Source: Psammoneis japonica
Lineage: Eukaryota
Direction: 5' to 3'
Assembly: GCA_008632985.1 (NCBI GenBank)
Contig: QPGO01000027.1
Span: 1-64,000 of the forward strand
DNA length: 64,000 nucleotides
The notes under the pieces are model-generated. The model had not been told where the DNA came from. It worked only from the letters and a program-made list of their open reading frames with translations, and did not search any database. Position numbers and translations under genes: made by a program. Positions 61,006 to 64,000 of the stretch are shown here, piece by piece. The stretch's first letter is position 1, and the number at the start of each line of letters is the position of its first letter.

Positions 61006-64000
61006 TGCAGGCTCTGATGCCCTGCGCACTGGCAGGTGCCACTGGAGGCCCTGCCACCCAGCGCAGGTCAGGAGAAGGCACCCGCGGCACTGGCAAAGCT
61101 GTCTCCACTCCTTGCATGTGTTGTTCAAGTTTCGCAGGAAGTCAAGTGTGCTGCGCTCCAGTGGCCTCAGCCGCGTGGTGCAGCCCGTGCTTGAGATGGA
61201 CCCTGGTGGCAGCACGATGCGAGCAACGAGCAAGAGGAGTGGGGTTGGCCACTGTCCTCACAAAGTCATGGCATCATGCACCCCAGAACCTGTTTGCACT
61301 TGCTGCGTGAAGGCACACTGCAGTTGGCCGTGGGCTGCATCTCACGCGGCTGGCTTTTCTCGTTTTGGCCACGTGCTCCTCCCAAGAGCAAGAAAGGAGA
61401 AACCATCCAAGTGACATTGACAGTGTCAATCGCTCCCACCTCTCCCTCCCTCTGGCCCTGACATCTAGCACAGGTTGGGAGAAGGCACCTGCAGCACCAG
61501 CAAAGCCATCTCCACTCCTTGCACTCCCGCGGACCGTGGCGATTTCTGGGCGGATTTGGATTGCACACTTAAAAAAATTGCACGGGGCAAGAACGACACA
61601 CAGATGCTTTTTTTGTGCCAAGTCTTACACAAATTTCCCGTGGGGGGCATGGTGTTTTGCCATCGTTGACATCATCGTCGTCGAGACCCACACAGGGTGA
61701 GCCACTCGGGATGTTGTTTGTCATTGTCTGTGGTGTGTGCACCCAGCAATGTTGTCAAAACCCAGGAGTGCCTGATTGTGGTGAGGAAAGTGCGCCTTTT
61801 GACAAATGAAAATGTGCGATGTGTGCTCCAACCCATGTTTGTGGCCCAAAAACGACAACAGTCAAAGAGGGGCAGGCTGTGACAAACACCACATTTTGAC
61901 ATTTTAGTTTCTTGGCTTGCTCATGCTTGTCCACCCCAGTCATTAAAGAATCTTTAACATGGGTGCAATCAACAAGCACACCAACTCCACTCTTGGCATG
62001 GTGCAACACAACAGCAGCAAGATTGTTCTTCATGGCATCCAATGCTGACACTCCTGCTGCTGGTGCCAGCACTGCTGTTGACAAATCATTGTGCTTCTCA
62101 GGGAAAAAAATCAGATTTTCTTTCAACTCTCCTTGCCAAAAACACTTCTCAAAACCAACCAACAATCATCCTGTGAAAGTGCACAGTGGCCCTCCACTGG
62201 CTGCATGAAAAACTTCACAAGAGGATGCCTGTGAGCTGCTGGCAAAAGATTTGCTGGAGGTGTGCAGCCGCTGCTGTTGGAAGGATCCTTTTTTCCTTTT
62301 TTGCAGCAGCTTGAGCCAACATGCCCGCTGTGATTAAATTTTGCATTGAACAATCACAGCGCCAGCTGCACCCCCACAGCACCAGCTGTGTTCTTAATCA
62401 GAAGTGTGCTGTCCACACACACACTTGTGTGTTGTGAAACAAAAGTGCTCTAGAGAGGTTGCCAAAGTCAGGGATCAAATTTAAGAACAGGGGGTCAGAG
62501 GTGGCCTCTCTGGCATGCAGCTCTAAATGACAAATGCAGCATGCCAAGTGACACAGAAAAATGACAAAAATGAGAACACAACCAAGCACAATCAAGCATG
62601 CTGACTGTGCACTTGTGTCATGCAACAAGTGCACTCAAAACAGGTGGCCCCTCTTTGCAGCTCCAAATGGCAAACACAACACCAAGCAACACAGCAAACA
62701 AAATCAAAAACAATGATGCAGCCAGCAACAATGTCAAGTGTGCTTGTTGCACACTTTTTGCACTGTGTGACAAGTGTGCACACTCTCCAGAAAAATTGCA
62801 AAGATGTGGAGTTTTCTGTGACAAAAATGACTGGACAGAGCCAGCATGGCCACATTGCAATGACAACAAGTGGCTTCAAAATCAAACAATGGACTGTTGT
62901 TTGCAAAGTGACAGGCACAACAAAGCTTTGCAAAAAGGCAACAATGGTTTGCTGTGTTGTGCCCAGTGGTGTGATGTGCTTGTGTGCATGGACGCCAATG
63001 TTCACAAAAGCTGCACATCACAAAAGTTGCTTTGAATGACATCTGCCACTTTTCTTCTTGTGACAGAATGAGAGCCTTTGAGCATGTGAGTGAGGACATG
63101 CACAATCTTGAAGTTTTTGTCTGTTGATTTGAATGACCAGAAGAAGACAAAAAATGTGAGCTTTGCCAGGTAAAGACAAAGATGGGCTTCATTCTCCCTG
63201 GGGCTGGACTGGCCAGTGAGAGTCACAATGACAACAATGAAAACCAAAATGATGCTGGAAACAATTTTTTTAATGCTTTGCACCAACCACCAAAAACTCT
63301 GACAACTTGATCAGGCAGATCTGTTCAAACATCATCTGCTCTTGATGACCACAAACTTGGAAAAGTGGGGTGTGAAATGGGGCAATCCCAGCTGAAGAAC
63401 TGTTGTGTGGTCCAATGTGCAAGCTGAACAAGCTGGCTGTTTTTGTGCCAGAAAATTGCTTGTTCCACTCCAGGGGTGATGCGCCAAAGTGCACTGAAGT
63501 GCATCATCCCCAGCTCCGCTGACTGTTCATTTGGAGAACATTGCTGCTCCAGCTCAGAGTTGAAACCGGCTTGACAAGAAGCACCTCCCAGTTGGCCTGC
63601 ACCAAGGGGTGGAGAGGCAGCCATTGTTGCAAGCAAAAATGGCAAGATCCCACCAGGAGGTTGACTGCCCTTTTGAAGTGGTGTCAGTGTGTGTGTGCTT
63701 CACTTGTCTGCTGCTTGCACATTGCCACAAACAAACAACTGGCTGCCCAGCAGGACACGTTTTCCACCCCCATCAAGGCAGAAAACTTGTCATCAGGCAT
63801 GTCATCTGCAGGCAAAGAACAGTGCAGCCACAACAAGAGAGGGTGCTCCCTTGCAAGTGAGAGCCCTGCTTCAGCTGGACATGATCATTGTGGTGCAGGA
63901 ACATCATCTTCCTTTTTTTTGTTCAAATGCCAGGGTTTCAAACAGCTGCACAAAACAACAGAGGCCCGTGCAGGGTCATGGATGTCAGTTGGGTCCATGA

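Larger units (their letters stand above)
59070..64000. other. TpA-depleted hypermutated domain 5
   Basis: TpA is rare from about 59230 to the window end, with a transition zone at 59070-59220. Confidence 0.85.

Noticed and set aside
61755..62165. PIF1/Helitron helicase remnant (TAVLAPAAGVSA resembling LAPTGVAA)
   Set aside because: It is a single weak motif with no supporting Walker motifs.

Overview
Eukaryotic genomic DNA with short GT-AG introns, most likely from a diatom or another photosynthetic stramenopile. Ordinary gene islands alternate with five multi-kb domains almost free of TpA. The islands hold a Tudor-like protein, ABC1 kinase, DnaJ, NmrA, HEMK2/N6AMT1, an apextrin-like protein, URI1, a permuted papain-like protein, GNAT, UPRT, a thioredoxin, an F-box/Zn-finger protein and a Uma2-like nuclease. 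The TpA-poor domains (~7.96-11.8, 19.2-30.6, 37.3-47.8, 50.9-57.6 and 59.1-64 kb) contain a Ty3/Gypsy LTR element, a PIF/Harbinger-type transposon, a LINE remnant, MITEs and duplicated host-gene fragments. The main observation is a strand-symmetric TpA->TpG/CpA (A:T->G:C) hypermutation confined to repeat-rich domains, effectively a reverse RIP. By hand alignment, 25 of the 30 TpA in one LTR are converted in its sister LTR, against only 1 of 24 CpG. Conserved Tyr residues in the RT, integrase, transposase and a dynein fragment have become Cys or His. All counts are by eye.
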